In this document: positions 11,097 to 24,528 of the stretch, piece after piece
How the letters are laid out: each line of letters opens with the position of its first letter
Numbering within the stretch: the stretch's first letter is position 1
The notes under the pieces: generated by a model
What the model was told of the DNA's origin: nothing
Database searches by the model: none
What the model saw: the letters and a program-made list of their open reading frames with translations, nothing else
Translations under genes and position numbers: made by a program
DNA from: Vicugna vicugna
Lineage: Eukaryota
Length of the DNA stretch: 64,000 nt
NCBI GenBank assembly: GCA_013265495.1
Contig: MU057640.1
Coordinates: 2,009,405-2,073,404 of the forward strand
Direction: 5' to 3'

Positions 11097-12604
11097 AATA
11101 AGATTTTGATACTGCATTTATGTGCACACACACACGCATTTGTGACCATACTGTATGAAGCATTTTTTCACTACTTTTTCATTTATTGTTATATTACACA
11201 TATTTCCACATGCTTAAATTTTTTAAATAATCATCATTAGTAACAACATGCTTTTCTGATTAGCAAATCAGTACATTTTAATGGTAGAAAATACTGGACA
11301 AAGAAAAAAATCACTCCTAATTCCACTGCTTAGACTCAAGACAACTGTTCACATCTTGATATATCTCTTTGAGTAACATTAATGCAAACACACATGCCAT
11401 AAGATTAGAAATGTGTTATATATACGGTTCATTCTCTTGATTTATCAAATTTATTTTAAAATTATTTCAAGATTACAAAAGATAGTTTTTTCCCCCCACT
11501 TTATGAGATCATTTTCCCAGTCATTACATGTTCTTCAAAAACCCCAACTGCACAGATAATTTTCCCTTTAATTCTCTTTTGATTGGACCTATTTGGGGTC
11601 CCTGACAAAAAGGCTTAAAGGAAGTCCTTGCAGACCCAGCATGGTTGTAAGAGGTGTAATTTTATAGAGAGCCGTCGCATGGGCCTAGCTTTGCAACCAG
11701 GCTGAAAGGAGCAGAAACTGTTTGACCTTCACTCCTTGATGAAAAGGCTCTGATCATTGTTGAAATGCAACTCGGTCTCCAGAGATGAGACATTCTAAAC
11801 AGCTGCCATAGTACAGCTGTTTTCTGAACTGAGGTGGTCACAGGAGACAGGAGGGAGATTTCTCACCATTTTGATGTTTCAGGCTCCATTAACCCTCAGA
11901 AGACAAGAATTAAAGTTCTGTCGATTGCAGTAGGAACATTTACAATTGATTGAACCTCTTGTGTATTAGGTACCGTGAAGACCACTCCTTACTCGGTCTA
12001 CTCGGTCTAATCCTCACAACAACTTCATTTGACAACAAATGAACGAGTGAAGTGCCTTGTCCACAGTGACACATGGATCAGAGATTTGAACCTGAGAGTT
12101 CGGCTCCAACTTCTGTTCTCTCAGCCCTACCACACACCCTCCCAAAACATTTACTGAAAGTTATTTTACTGCAGATGGAGTTTATGAATCAGCGATGGGA
12201 TTTCCTTTCCTGAAATGATATAACGTGAGAGGTGAGAGGGATGGGCTGATTTTTGGAAAAGCTTAACCTCTGCCTGAAGGATTTTAGCACCAAAGTATTG
12301 ATTTAAACTATTTCCCAGAAGACCTGAGCAGAGGGTGATAATCACTTACTAAGTCATGTTTTAGGCTCAAATAATAATAATAACAGCTACTACATGACAG
12401 ATGCTGTGCTAAGCACATAATATACACCCTGTCATTTAACCATTCCAGGAGCCCAGAGAGATTGGGATTATCCCCAATTTCCGGATGAGGGGAATCTGGG
12501 GCACCAGGGGGTTAACTTGCCTAACAGCAGACTGAGTGTGGATTCCAATTCAGTCAAAATCCAATTCCCCAAATTTTAATTTTCAGTCTATGATGTCTGT
12601 TTGG

Positions 12605-12722
12605 TTTTTTCTCCCTTCCTCCCTCCTTTCTCCTTTTTATTTCCTTTCCCCTCTCCCTTCCTTCCTCCTTCCCTCCCTCCTTCCCTTCCTTCCTTCCTCC
12701 CTCCTTTCTTTCATTCTTTTTT
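12605..12722. repeat. Polypyrimidine (CCTT-rich) low-complexity tract
   Basis: ~115 bp of almost only C/T on the + strand. Confidence 0.9.
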
Positions 12723-13394
12723 AAAGGAAAAAGCCTGATTCTACTCCCATTCCAGAAGCCTCTGCAGTTTTCTAGGGGCAATTAATTCATGAATTCCCTA
12801 GAGTGTTTCTGAGGGTGACGGGCAGAGGAAAGAAGGAAATAAACATGTTGAAAATCCAGTGGGTGCTAAGCAGCTTGCTAACAGCTTTTGTACGACTTGC
12901 TTCATTTAACCTTATAAACCTCTATAAAAATCAGGTTCTATTTTTATATCTATTTAAAAATGAGGGAACTGAGGTTCAGATAGGTACCTTGCCCAAAGTC
13001 ACACAGATTTCAAAGGACAGAGCAGGGATAAATCTCGATCTTCTGATACAAGTCCATTGCCAAGTTGCATTACTGATCGCTATTGTTTTCTCCCTGCTTT
13101 ATGTTATGTGTACCTTCCAGTGTGGTAGAGAAAATGGTCCCTTTTGGGGTGACATTTGTCACCCCTCTGCTTAATAGTGCTGAAATCTTGGTAATTCCAC
13201 TTGGCTCTCAAAGTCTTTGGCAATCTGCTCTTTTTTAGTTCAGTAAACTTTATATCCCGTCACACCCTTTTTCTTCTCTTAACTCTTCTCAGGCTGATAT
13301 TTCTGTTATTTCTATCCATTGCAGTAATTTCCATTTCCACATTTCTTATTCTCCACTAATCAAGCTGTATCCATCCTTCGATGCCCAGCGTAAG

Positions 13395-14030
13395 TGATGC
13401 AGGAAAACAGATGTGAGGAGCGAGGAGGGCTGAGTCCCTGGTCTCAGTTGAGCCCCTGAGACGTGCCCTGCCAAGTGTGGGTCCTTGGCTTCATGCAGGA
13501 AAGAACTCAAGTGAGAGCCACCGTTGAGTAAAGGTAGATTTATTTAGAGAGATACACACTGCATAGAGTGTAAGGCAAGAGAAAGGCAAGGAAAGAGTTG
13601 TGGGAACTGGGTGCTCAGGTTATAGTAAAAGTAGGTACACACTCCATAGACAGAGTGTGGGCCGTCTCCAAAGGGGAGAGTGAAAGGGTGCCACTAGGCG
13701 TGGTGTTGCCATGTTTTATGGGCTCAGTAGCTTCACATGCCTACAGGTGGGATCATTTCAACTGCCCTGGGGAAGGGGCTGGGATTCCCAGGAATTGGGC
13801 CACCACCCATTTTTTGGCCTTTTGCAGTTAGCCTTGGGGCTGTCATGGCACCTGAGAGCATGTTATTTGATCATGCTGTTACAATGAGCATATGATGAAG
13901 CTCAAGGTCTATTAGAAGTTAAACCTCTTAATCCTTAAGGCTAACTAGGAGGTGAATCTTCCACCATTTCAGTGTTAAATTACTGTCATTACTTGAGTGG
14001 TTGTGCCCTGCCCTCTTCCCTCCTGTCTCA
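13395..14030 (-). mobile_element. Solo LTR (ERV1-like, 636 bp)
   Basis: TGATGCAGGA...TCCTGTCTCA termini; TAAG duplicated at 13391-13394 and 14031-14034; minus-strand AATAAA at 13544-13539. Confidence 0.85.
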
Positions 14031-16349
14031 TAAGCTCCTCCCCATCTATTCTAGTCCTTGGTGCCGGTAACATCTGATGACCTCACAACCCTGCTGAAAA
14101 GCTTTCAGGGATAACCTTTATCTGCTAAACAAAACCCAGGCTCTTTTCTCAGTCTGAAATTCAAGTCGGCCATTCAGTCACAAATATGTACTGAGAACCA
14201 GTCATGTGCTAGGCACTCTAGACAATGCTGGGAGAACTGTCACGAACCAGACAGATGGTTGCTGCCCTCATGGTGAATAAGCTAGACATTAAATAATTAC
14301 AAATATTAAATTAAGTAATTACTTGTTTGAGTCAAGTAATTAGAATGCCCTCAACAATTGGGTTTCAACCTATCTTGTCAAGAGTTCTTTGTCGTCCTTT
14401 TATTCCAACCGTGGGCTTCCCCAGGCTTCCCCACCTCTGGGGCTGTGCCCACGCTCACCCTCCAATCCTGAATGCAGGTTCCTCCCTATCCACCACATCC
14501 GCCTCCAGGACTGGCTTTGTTCTGCCTCTTCCATGAACCCTGCGAGACAACTTCTGCCAGACAGCTTTAGCCTGGAGGATCTTCCCTCATTTGAATTCCT
14601 AGCACTCATCCATTCAATAAACATTTACTGAATGACTTCTTGAAATGTTTGAAGAATGACTCTTCATGAGGTTCTAAACACTATGGTATTAAAGATTTAG
14701 GTTCTATGGGGAGTTAGACTTCCTACTGAGAAAGATCAAGGATTTTTTTCCTCTTCTCTTCTGGGTGGGGGAGGAGTGGAGATCCTCAAAACTGTATAGT
14801 AAAACAAACACAATTATCAATAAGCAAAATGACAATAAACATTGCCCAATTACTCATAATCCTACCACTTGGAAGAGATCCACCACTGGCAATTTTCTCT
14901 GTATCTTTTTTGTGGGTTTTTCCCCCCTCCTGTTTGTTTCTCTGTATCTATACTATTTTGTAAAATTCCTTTTTCCTCCAAATTAAATTTTTATCAAGAA
15001 AATTCTTTTCTTGTGGTGTTTTTTTTTTTTTAAACACGACATACATCTACCCTTTACTTGCTCTCTTCTGCTTGGGAGTGGAATGGTTTTATTTTGAACA
15101 AAATTTAGAGAATTTACTGAAAGATGCATGCATATTGTTTCGAGTTCACTCATCCTATGTGCAATAAGAATAGCCTGAACATTGTTTTAGGGCATTTACT
15201 CAGATATCAGGTACTCAGAAGCTCTTCAGTACCACACTCTATCCTTCCTTCTTCAAAACCCAAAATGTCTTGGTATTTCTATACACTAGGTTTACAGTGT
15301 AGCCACATTCATGTGCAAACCACCGAATGTCTGGCCTACAAGATCATAGGAGATCTTCCAGTCCACTCCCCTTACTTTAAAGATGAGCAGACTGTTTGAG
15401 TACTCACTCAAGATCTTGCATCTGGTGGCAGCAGAGCCAGAGATGCCAGCCCTGGTTATTTTTCAAAATTGCCCCCACTGTCTTCAGTTTGTCTAACAAT
15501 TAACCCCAAACTAAAATTAAACTAAAAATACTCAGGGGCACACTAACTCTTGCCAAATACATCTTATCTGTACCTACCATGGAAGAGGAAAAGATAATGC
15601 AGCTTTGTAGAGATCAGGCTAGATCTTTGAGCATGGACTTGTTTTGAAATGTCAGAGAACCTTCTCACTGGAAATCTATACTGATGTAAAAGGATTAAAG
15701 CACAGAAAAAATATGAGGGGCCACCAAGCTCTTTCTTTCTTAATGTTTGAGAAATGGAGGATAACAAGGATGTAGGAAAAGGTCGGCCTTGCTCATGAAC
15801 TGCAGTATCCTCTTGTATGTATATTCTTCTTTGGTTCTTCATCTGATTTGTAAAGAGGTCACCAAGATCCAAGGCGCAATTCCCCCAGGCAAAAGACACC
15901 CAACACTTGTAGAAAATTGAGTCTTTTCAGAGAGACCAAGCCCACTTTACCGACAGCTTTCCCAGCCTCAGTTTGAGCCCCAGTAAGGTGGTGTCTCGTC
16001 TGAATTCTAAAGATCGACGGTATTGTAATCTCTTCCCATAGGAACCCAAGGAAGGGTGAGCTGTATGCAGTCTTCATACAAGAGAGAATTGTAGCTTGAA
16101 GAGTTCCAAAGAACATTCCAGTGGGCCTGAAGGCCTTAACAGCTGAAAGGTTACGGAAGTAGGAGTGGGGGTGCAATTTGGCCGGACGGGAGCGGAAGCT
16201 GATCCACCTGGTGACGAGGACAGATGCAGACCTAAGAGAAGGGAGAATTCAACTCTGAGAGGGAGCTGGCGAAGAAAGAGCTCTCCCGGGAGGGTGCAGC
16301 TCAGCTCGCTCCTTCTCTGCGTACTCTCAAAACTCACTGTGGAATCAAG

Positions 16350-17830
16350 AACACAGGTGCGGCCCAAAGGAGTCCCTACCACTCCGCGGCAAACAAAGGG
16401 AGCGGTCTCTTTCAGCCCTTCGGGTTTGAATGAGGGCTCGGCTTTACCTTTTAGGACCCACCCATCCCTCCTCAGGCGCCCAATGAGGCCGCAGCCTCTT
16501 CCAGCCGGGCGGTGCTGAACTCTCCCAGGAAACAGACAGGTACCTCCGACCAATGGCTGGAGCTGCGGCGGGCCAATGGGAGAGAGAAATGGGTCAACCT
16601 GGGGTTTGAGAATGAGAGAGCCAGCACAGAGGGCGGGGACGCAGAGGGCGAGCGACGTAGGCGCAAGGGGTGGAGAGGGGCGGGCCGGGTAGCTAGAGGG
16701 GCAGCCCCAAGCGTGGCGGGAGCAACCTGCAGACGGGTCAGCGGCGGCCAATGGGAAGACAGGTTGGCTCCGGGGCGGACCCGGGCCCCGTAAGCCCCGC
16801 CCCCTCGGGTCCGCAGGGCTGGGGCGGAGCCAGGTCCGCGTCAGGTGGTCCCGGGCGTGCGAGCGGCGCTGCGGGCGGGGCGCGGCGCGGAGTCGGGAGC
16901 GGCGGCCAGCGGGCGGCGGCGGGCACCGGCAGCTTGAGCAGGTACCCGCGGCGGAGGTGGCCAGGCCGCCCAAGGGGGCGAGCGCGAAGGCAGGGGCTCC
17001 GGCCCGCCGCGCCCCCATGCTGCGGTGAGCACTCGCGCTCGGCGCACTGGTCGCCTCGCCGCGCCAGCGCCAGGGAGCCCGCTCTCCCCGCCCAGTCAGC
17101 CCGGGCCCTACCTGCGGCCGCCGTCGGGGGAGGGGGGTGCCCCCAGCTCTGCGGAGCCGCATGAACAATAGGTGGCGGCGGCTCCTGCGGGCGGCGGCAG
17201 CCCCGCACCCTATGGATCGGCCGCTCCATGGAGACCTCCAGAGCGCTTCTCGGCTGCCTGGCGAGCGCCGCTGCTGCCGCCCCGCCGGGGGAGGATGGAG
17301 CGGGGGCTGGGGCCGAGGAGGAGGAGGAAGAGGAGGAGGAGGCGGTGGCGGCCCCCGGGGAGCTGGGCTCCGACGCGCCGCTGCCCTACTGGACGGCTGT
17401 GTTCGAGTACGAGGCGGCGGGCGAGGACGAGCTGACCCTGCGACTGGGCGACGTGGTGGAGGTGCTGTCCAAGGACTCGCAGGTGTCCGGCGACGAGGGC
17501 TGGTGGACCGGGCAGCTGAACCAGCGGGTGGGCATCTTCCCCAGCAACTACGTGACCCCTCGCACCGCCTTCTCCAGCCGCTGCCAGCCCGGCGGCGAAG
17601 ACCCCGGTTGCTACCCGCCCATTCAGTGTAAGGCGAAGGCGGGGCCCGGGAGCCCGGCAGGGAGGAGGGGTGGGGGGAATGGTGTAGGCCTGGGGCTGGT
17701 CGAGAAGGGAGCAGACCCCTCCTCCAGGGTTACGTTAGGGTGGGCAGTGATTAACCTGGGAGTGGATGTGTGCGCGCGCGCGCTCACGCTGCAGGGTCTT
17801 TGGGCCGTGCGATGGGCGAGATAGACACGC
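16350..17830. promoter_or_regulatory. CpG island / MAP3K9 promoter with CCAAT and GC boxes
   Basis: Very high GC and CpG density around exon 1; CCAAT at 16480, 16550, 16573, 16748; GGGCGG boxes near 16631, 16678, 16773, 16822; no obvious TATA. The TSS cannot be determined from sequence. Confidence 0.9.
17228..17627 (+). CDS. MAP3K9: MAP3K9 (MLK1) coding exon 1: N-terminus, poly-Glu tract, SH3 domain
   Basis: Translates [24 protein letters not shown]...[56 protein letters not shown] (MLK-type SH3). Ends at donor CAGT|GTAAGG; 400 nt, phase 1. Confidence 0.97.
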
Positions 17831-20800
17831 CGCAGGCCTTGCCTTGGAACCTCAGGCCCTTGGGCTTCTTCACCTTCATCTGACCATCTCAGCAGCAGCT
17901 CCTGATTCCACATCCTCAAGCTCCAGCATGAGAATCTCCCCTCTTCCCCCACCCCCAGTCTGGAAGGATTTTAGGCAAGCTGGCGGTTTCTGTTATAACC
18001 CTAGTCCCCAAATCAAGGACCTTCCTGACCTCTTCTATCGCCTGTCCCCGCCCCTTAAAGGCATTTGCTTTCAAGGAGATGGGGGTGTCACCGCAGGGCT
18101 GGGCTGGCTGGCTAGTCCCGGAAGCCTGTGGGAACTCAAGGCTAAAGTGTCTTTGAAATACCGTGTTGATTTCTTGGATACTAATCTTGTAGTTCAGAAG
18201 TTGTACCTTAAGGAGTCTCGCTGAATAATGTGCTAAGAAGGGTTTGTGTATGTGGAGAGGCAGGTGTTGAGTGGAGAAATGATTAGAGAGGGAAAAGTAT
18301 GTCGTTCCCCCGTGGGAGACCAGGAGCACAAGGCACAGTGGCTAAATCCCAGCCCCTTGACACCCAGACAGTATATTTCCTCCTTTCTTTTCACCCTAGA
18401 TCCTTGCCTATATTTGGTATTTGCCAAATCACAGGGGGATCATGCCCAGGGGTCCCTCCCAAGGCCTTTCTTCCAGTGTCCTGGTTTTCACCAATTTCCC
18501 AGGAGCCGCCTGTTCCACACCCTGTAATGAAATTTTCTTTGTTTTTTCAAAGGAGTTAAATTGCCATTAGAATCCTTTAATCGGTGGTGCTAGGTGGTTT
18601 TAGAAGAAAGATATAAATACCTCCCAGTGCAGTTTATACTACTTTGCTTTTGAGTGTTTACATAATTTCTTTCCTGTTAAAAAAGTACTGTTAGTACAGA
18701 TGTATCATTATTTATTCCATATTATAGATATTTTGCATCTTAGCTGATTTAAAAAAATCATTACCAAGGGCCAACTTTAAACATTTAGTTTTATTTTTTA
18801 ATTTTTAAAAATTTTTTGTTGTATTTTATAGTTCTAAAATTTTATTTGTAACAGTTATCTTTCTATTCCTGTGACTTATTTTCACGGAAACAATTGTGTT
18901 ATTATCTTAAGATGTTTATTAAATACCATCCATTAATATCAAAATCATTAACCCCTCTCCTTTTTTTCTACTCTCCTTTGTTTTTTATTGGTGTTTTGAC
19001 TGTCAAATTGATGTTCAAATCTTTAGTTTCCTTTGTTTCTCTCTCCCTCTCATTCAGTTAAAAACTTCCTGCTTCTACATTTTGATCTTTATAATACTTA
19101 GAGGTGACAAATTACTTTAAATTTTTTTCTAGGTGTTACAGCTTTTTGGCTTTTTGCTGCAAAGATGAAGGCTAAGGGTTCTAGCATGTAGTGTCTCAAA
19201 TAGTGTTGAAGATGAACTTTGTCACGTGTTGGAAGAGATGTTAGCCTGTAATAATAAGCATGTTAGAAAACTGTAATAATAAGCATGTCAGATTTCAAGG
19301 CTCTTTGTGGGTGAGGTTTTGTGATTTTTTTTCTCAGGGACAGCTAATGTCAGACTAGAAGAGCTGTATGAGGTTCACGAGGAGGAACTGAGTTTCTTTA
19401 GTATCTTGTGCTTCCTGCTGTCAGAGTCAGGAGTGAACATGACTTAGACTGAAAGAATGCATCTGCAGAAAGCCAGACAGGCCCACAGTGTGTTACAGGA
19501 GAAGCTTCTTCTCCTTTGGGCACCCAGGACTTAACCTTTATTGTAACAAAATTTACCTTGGGTGGAGTAGATTCCTAGATCTAAAACTCAGATGATGAGG
19601 AAGTAGAAAGAATCCGTGTTATTGAAAAATTGACTTGGAAAGCGCAACATTTGAAAGTCTTGGTGGGTTATTTTATTTAACCACACTGGGAGTTCTGATC
19701 TTGAATGATATTCTTGATAATTCTCAATTCAGATAATTCAGGAATTCATTCTTGTTTTAACTCTTGTCAAAAACCAATTAAAGTGCGCAGTGAAAGAGAG
19801 ATACTGTATTAAATACAAGGAGATAAAGAAATGATAAGATAAGGAGGTGCTTGTGAGTCACACATGCACGGAAATTGGTGCTGTAAACTTATCATTTCAG
19901 TGCAGTGCTTTGATAAAGATGGACACAAATTTGCTGACAGATGTGCCTCTGATCTGTATGCTGTGTCCACCAGTTGAGTTAGTGTCACTTAAAAAATAAA
20001 GGTGATCGACCACCTTGTCTCCAAAGACTTGGAGTGAAATTGATCTGCTGACAACTTTTCCCAACTTTTTGAACTTCCCCTCTGGGGCATGGATTTGACA
20101 TTAGATTATGAATAGAAGACACAAAGTCAAGTAATAAAATTCAGTTTTAGTTTCAAATGTTGCTTTCCAAAGTGAAAATTTTGTTTCAAACTTTAATCAA
20201 AACAGAAGAGGGGGAACTTACTAAATCTTGTGACAAAGAAAGCATATAAGAGGGTTATTATAAATCATCTAACATTTATAGAGTGCTTTTATTCCCTCCA
20301 GTGTAGGTCTTCGAGTTTAGCTCTCCATGGGGCAGACAAATATAAACAGCTCAGGAGCTTGCTTGTCTTCTTTGTTTTAGTGAAAGGTGGAAAATGTACC
20401 GTTCTGAACTTATCATCTTGGGAGATATATAACCCTAGGTATTAAATTTTTTTTTCTTACAGGAGAGTTGTGTATATTTTTCAAGCAAGGCATAAATTAA
20501 GGTTATTTCTAATTTTGCATTTTTTTCTTGCATTCATTAGAAATATAAGGATGTATTTTCAGATGTAATTAAGGTTTTTAAATGAATGAGATATGTACCA
20601 TTTACTTACCCCAAACCCACCAGAATATACCTATATATTTAGTTTCCAAGGATACAATTGAGAGGGAATAACATCTTGACTCCAAAAATGAAAGAAATAA
20701 AATATCTTGTTCCTGATATTCCTGGAAATTTTCTTCTACAGAAACTGAAAAATGTGCTGTATGAGACTTGACCTCATTCTTACTTAAAACCAGGTCTTGA

Positions 20801-21479
20801 CTGGAATGGGGAAGGGAAGGAGAGCCCCGCATCCTCTGAGCTGCAGCTGAAGGTCTAGTTTCTATCCAGAGGGACTTCTGAGCAGGGAAGGAAGAAAGTA
20901 CCCTCCCTTCTCCCTGCATTCCCCACTGTTGTGTCTTCTGTCTGCTTGTAAGCTGTGTTCTATACTTTTCTTGAAGGCTGGTCATAATATTTCCTTGACT
21001 TAATAGCAAGAATCTGAGTTTATGTTCTACTCAGAGAGAGATTATTGCTTTGCCTTCTCCACAGAGGTTTTCTGTCTTCTGTGAAATTCCATCAGAGGAG
21101 CTGTCCCTTCAGCACTCTAGTTGAGAATCTCATCTTTTGAATTCTCTTATGTTTAAATAAATATTTAACACCTCCCTTGTGTTCACAACTATGCTTCAGA
21201 CCAGAGGAAAGAAGACAGAGTGCAAGAGAAAATAAAACAGTTAATTCCCTTAAGGAGAATTCACATATTCAATTGAGGAAATAAGGTGTGTAAATACAGA
21301 TTTATTAAATAGGCACATATCTTCATCAGTGAAAAATCTGGTAGAAAAAAATGAGTGTTACTTCCCTTCATGAGCAAGGGGACTTCTAACATAACTTACA
21401 TTCTCCTCCAAGGGCGTTTCTAATCTCCTTGACATAGGCATATTTTTCTCTTTCATGAAGATGGATAAGGCAAGAATTC

Positions 21480-22060
21480 GTAATCAGTCAGAATTCACTT
21501 TAGGACCAGGAAACACTCAAGCTATTTTAAGCAGAAAGCGATTTAGCGCAGGAAATGAGGTGCTTACGGGTTTGTTGAAAGGACAGGGAGAAGGGGCTCT
21601 CAGATGGACGTAGGGGACCAACTCCCAGAACGCTGCAGACCTGGCCCACCAGGCAGGCTGTTGCTTCTCTAACTGAAAAGGCATAGAATCAGGAGTTGCC
21701 ATTGAAGCTGTTGACTTCAAGAACACCCTGTCATGGTTGCCGTTCGGAGATCATTAGGTGACCACTTGGCCTTGTGTCATCCCTTTCCGCATCCACAGAG
21801 CTAATGATTGGACACTGACATGCTATTGCAGAAAAACCCCACTCCTCCACAGAAGAGTGAAGCCAGGAGAAGCAGCAGGGAGATGGTCCCCATCTCACTT
21901 CTGTCTTCCAAATCTTCTGCATCTCATTGGCTGAACCAGAACTCTGTCAGGGAATCTGGGAAATGTGGTTTTTAGCTTTCTGGTCTCTGTAGGACTGAAA
22001 GGTATGCTGGAGGATTGTAGAATGGATGTTGATTGCTAGTCTGCAGGACCTGCCATACCA
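21480..22060. mobile_element. Ancient ERVL-type LTR (LTR33-like)
   Basis: atcagtcag...gctattttaagcagaaag...ctcattggctgaacc...ctgggaaatgtggtttttagct motifs; recognition only. Confidence 0.5.
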
Positions 22061-23229
22061 TTTATTCTTCAAGAAGATTGCTAGGTGAGATAATCTTGAA
22101 CAGTTGGAAACTTTAGGGTGAAGATGGGCTATATATTTCATATACCTAAAGGCAGTCCAGCTAACTTTTCCTAAGAGTTTCCTTTGTGCAGACTGCCAAG
22201 TGCATTACAAAATATAAATGAGTATTAGCCCTAGGTAAGATAGAAGTGCTATAACCAAGCAAGAGCTGAGTTTTGAGCACCACCAGCGTCTGAATAGAGG
22301 ATGGAGGCGGCATGGAGCTGGCTGAGAAAGGATGGGAACAGGCAGCGGTGGACAGTTCCTCTTTTGGTCTTGCCAGAAATTTGTATTCTTAGTTTTTTGT
22401 TGTTTTGTTTTGTTTTTTTAACAAAGTGTGACTATTCTCTGTATTTGTTTCAGGAAGGCCAATTCAGTTTTTTCCCCTGGATCTGATTTTGGTTTATTTC
22501 ATACCGACGTAGATTCCGCCCCCCCCCCCCCCAGGCCACCTACTGAATGTTCGGCATGGCAAAGGCACTGGTGAGGAAGGCAGGCAGAATCCACCCTTGT
22601 GGTTCTTGCAGTCTATCAGGACGATAGGCATTGAACGAGTAATTATAACCTTGCTGAGTCTTGCCAGATAGAGACTCCTGTGAAAGTGCTTGATGGGGGC
22701 CTGACCTCATTTGGTTTGGGGTTTGGGAAAAATTCCTCTAGGAAATTATAGTTAAGCTGAGACCTGGGGGATAAGTGTGAGTCAGCCAGGTAAAGACAAA
22801 GAGACTGAGAAGACGGAGGACGGGGTTTTCATGAGTAAAAGGAGAGCTAGCACTTGCTCATATAGCAGCACCATATCTAGCCTGAGGTTTTTAATCACTC
22901 GTAGTTCTTATTACCTATGCACGGAAGCCTCTCCAGAACCAAAGACAGAATCAAGTGCCATAAGTTCAGACCCTGTATTTGGGAAAGAGGATGAGTGCTT
23001 GGATGTGGTGCTGGGAGCCTCAGGGTAGAGCTGTGGCCCAGGCGACTGCTGGAGGGAGATATTTCCTCGGAGACTCCTTCCCCGCACTTCTTTGTCACCG
23101 GGTCCTGGTGGAACGAAGTTGTGAAAGGCTCCCATCTTCATGGCTGCTGAAGTTCAGACCCTTGTACTCATGTGCCTGGGTCATTCCAGTGGCCTCCTTA
23201 GTGGATCCTTTTGCTGCAGGAGACTGTCC

Positions 23230-23760
23230 ACCATGTCATAGTCCACACGGCTGCCAGAATTGGTTTCTTGTCTAAGTCACAAGTCGGACAATACTCCCTT
23301 TCTTAAAGATACACGACTCCTGTCATTTACAGTGTGGAGTTTAAGTCCCTCAGAATGGCTTTAAAAACATTTCATGACCTGGCCTGGAGCCTCATCTGCC
23401 CTGATGCGTATAATGCAGCCGCCCTGGACTCCCTGAAGTTCCTGATGTGCCATGTACTCTCATGCCCCATGCTCTTGCTCGTGACCTTCCCTCTGCCTGG
23501 ACTGTCCTTCTCTGCCCTGATTCTCATTGCCTGATGAGATCCCTCCCACTCATTCTTTAGGCCCCATTTCAAATATTGCCTTCCCTGAGAGTCCTTTCCC
23601 CTCTCACCTTGTTAAACCCTGTCCCTGGGTGGGAGTTAGTGATTTCCTAATCTTCAGATCATACAAAGCTACAGAACTCTTGTCACACTGCAGTTTGGTT
23701 GTTGTCTGTCTGCCTTGGCACTGGATTGTATGCTTCTCACCACCCAGTATGTGCATAGTA
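23230..23760 (+). mobile_element. L2 fragment
   Basis: ttccctctgcctggactgtcctt...cattctttaggccccatttcaaatattgccttccctgagagtcct motifs. Confidence 0.55.
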
Positions 23761-23907
23761 AACTCTGAAGGAGTCACATAAAAACAATCTCCCTCAACTC
23801 TCCCTCTAGTTAAAATGGCTGGTCTTGGTACAATAGTCTACAGGATGTTCCAAGTGGAACTTATTTCATGAACATTTATTGAATGCCTACTGTGTGCTAG
23901 TCCCTGA

Positions 23908-24528
<621 letters not shown>

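Noticed and set aside
17628..17824. Read-through of the exon 1 ORF (198 aa)
   Set aside because: MLK-like sequence ends at a good GTAAGG donor; the remainder is intron 1.
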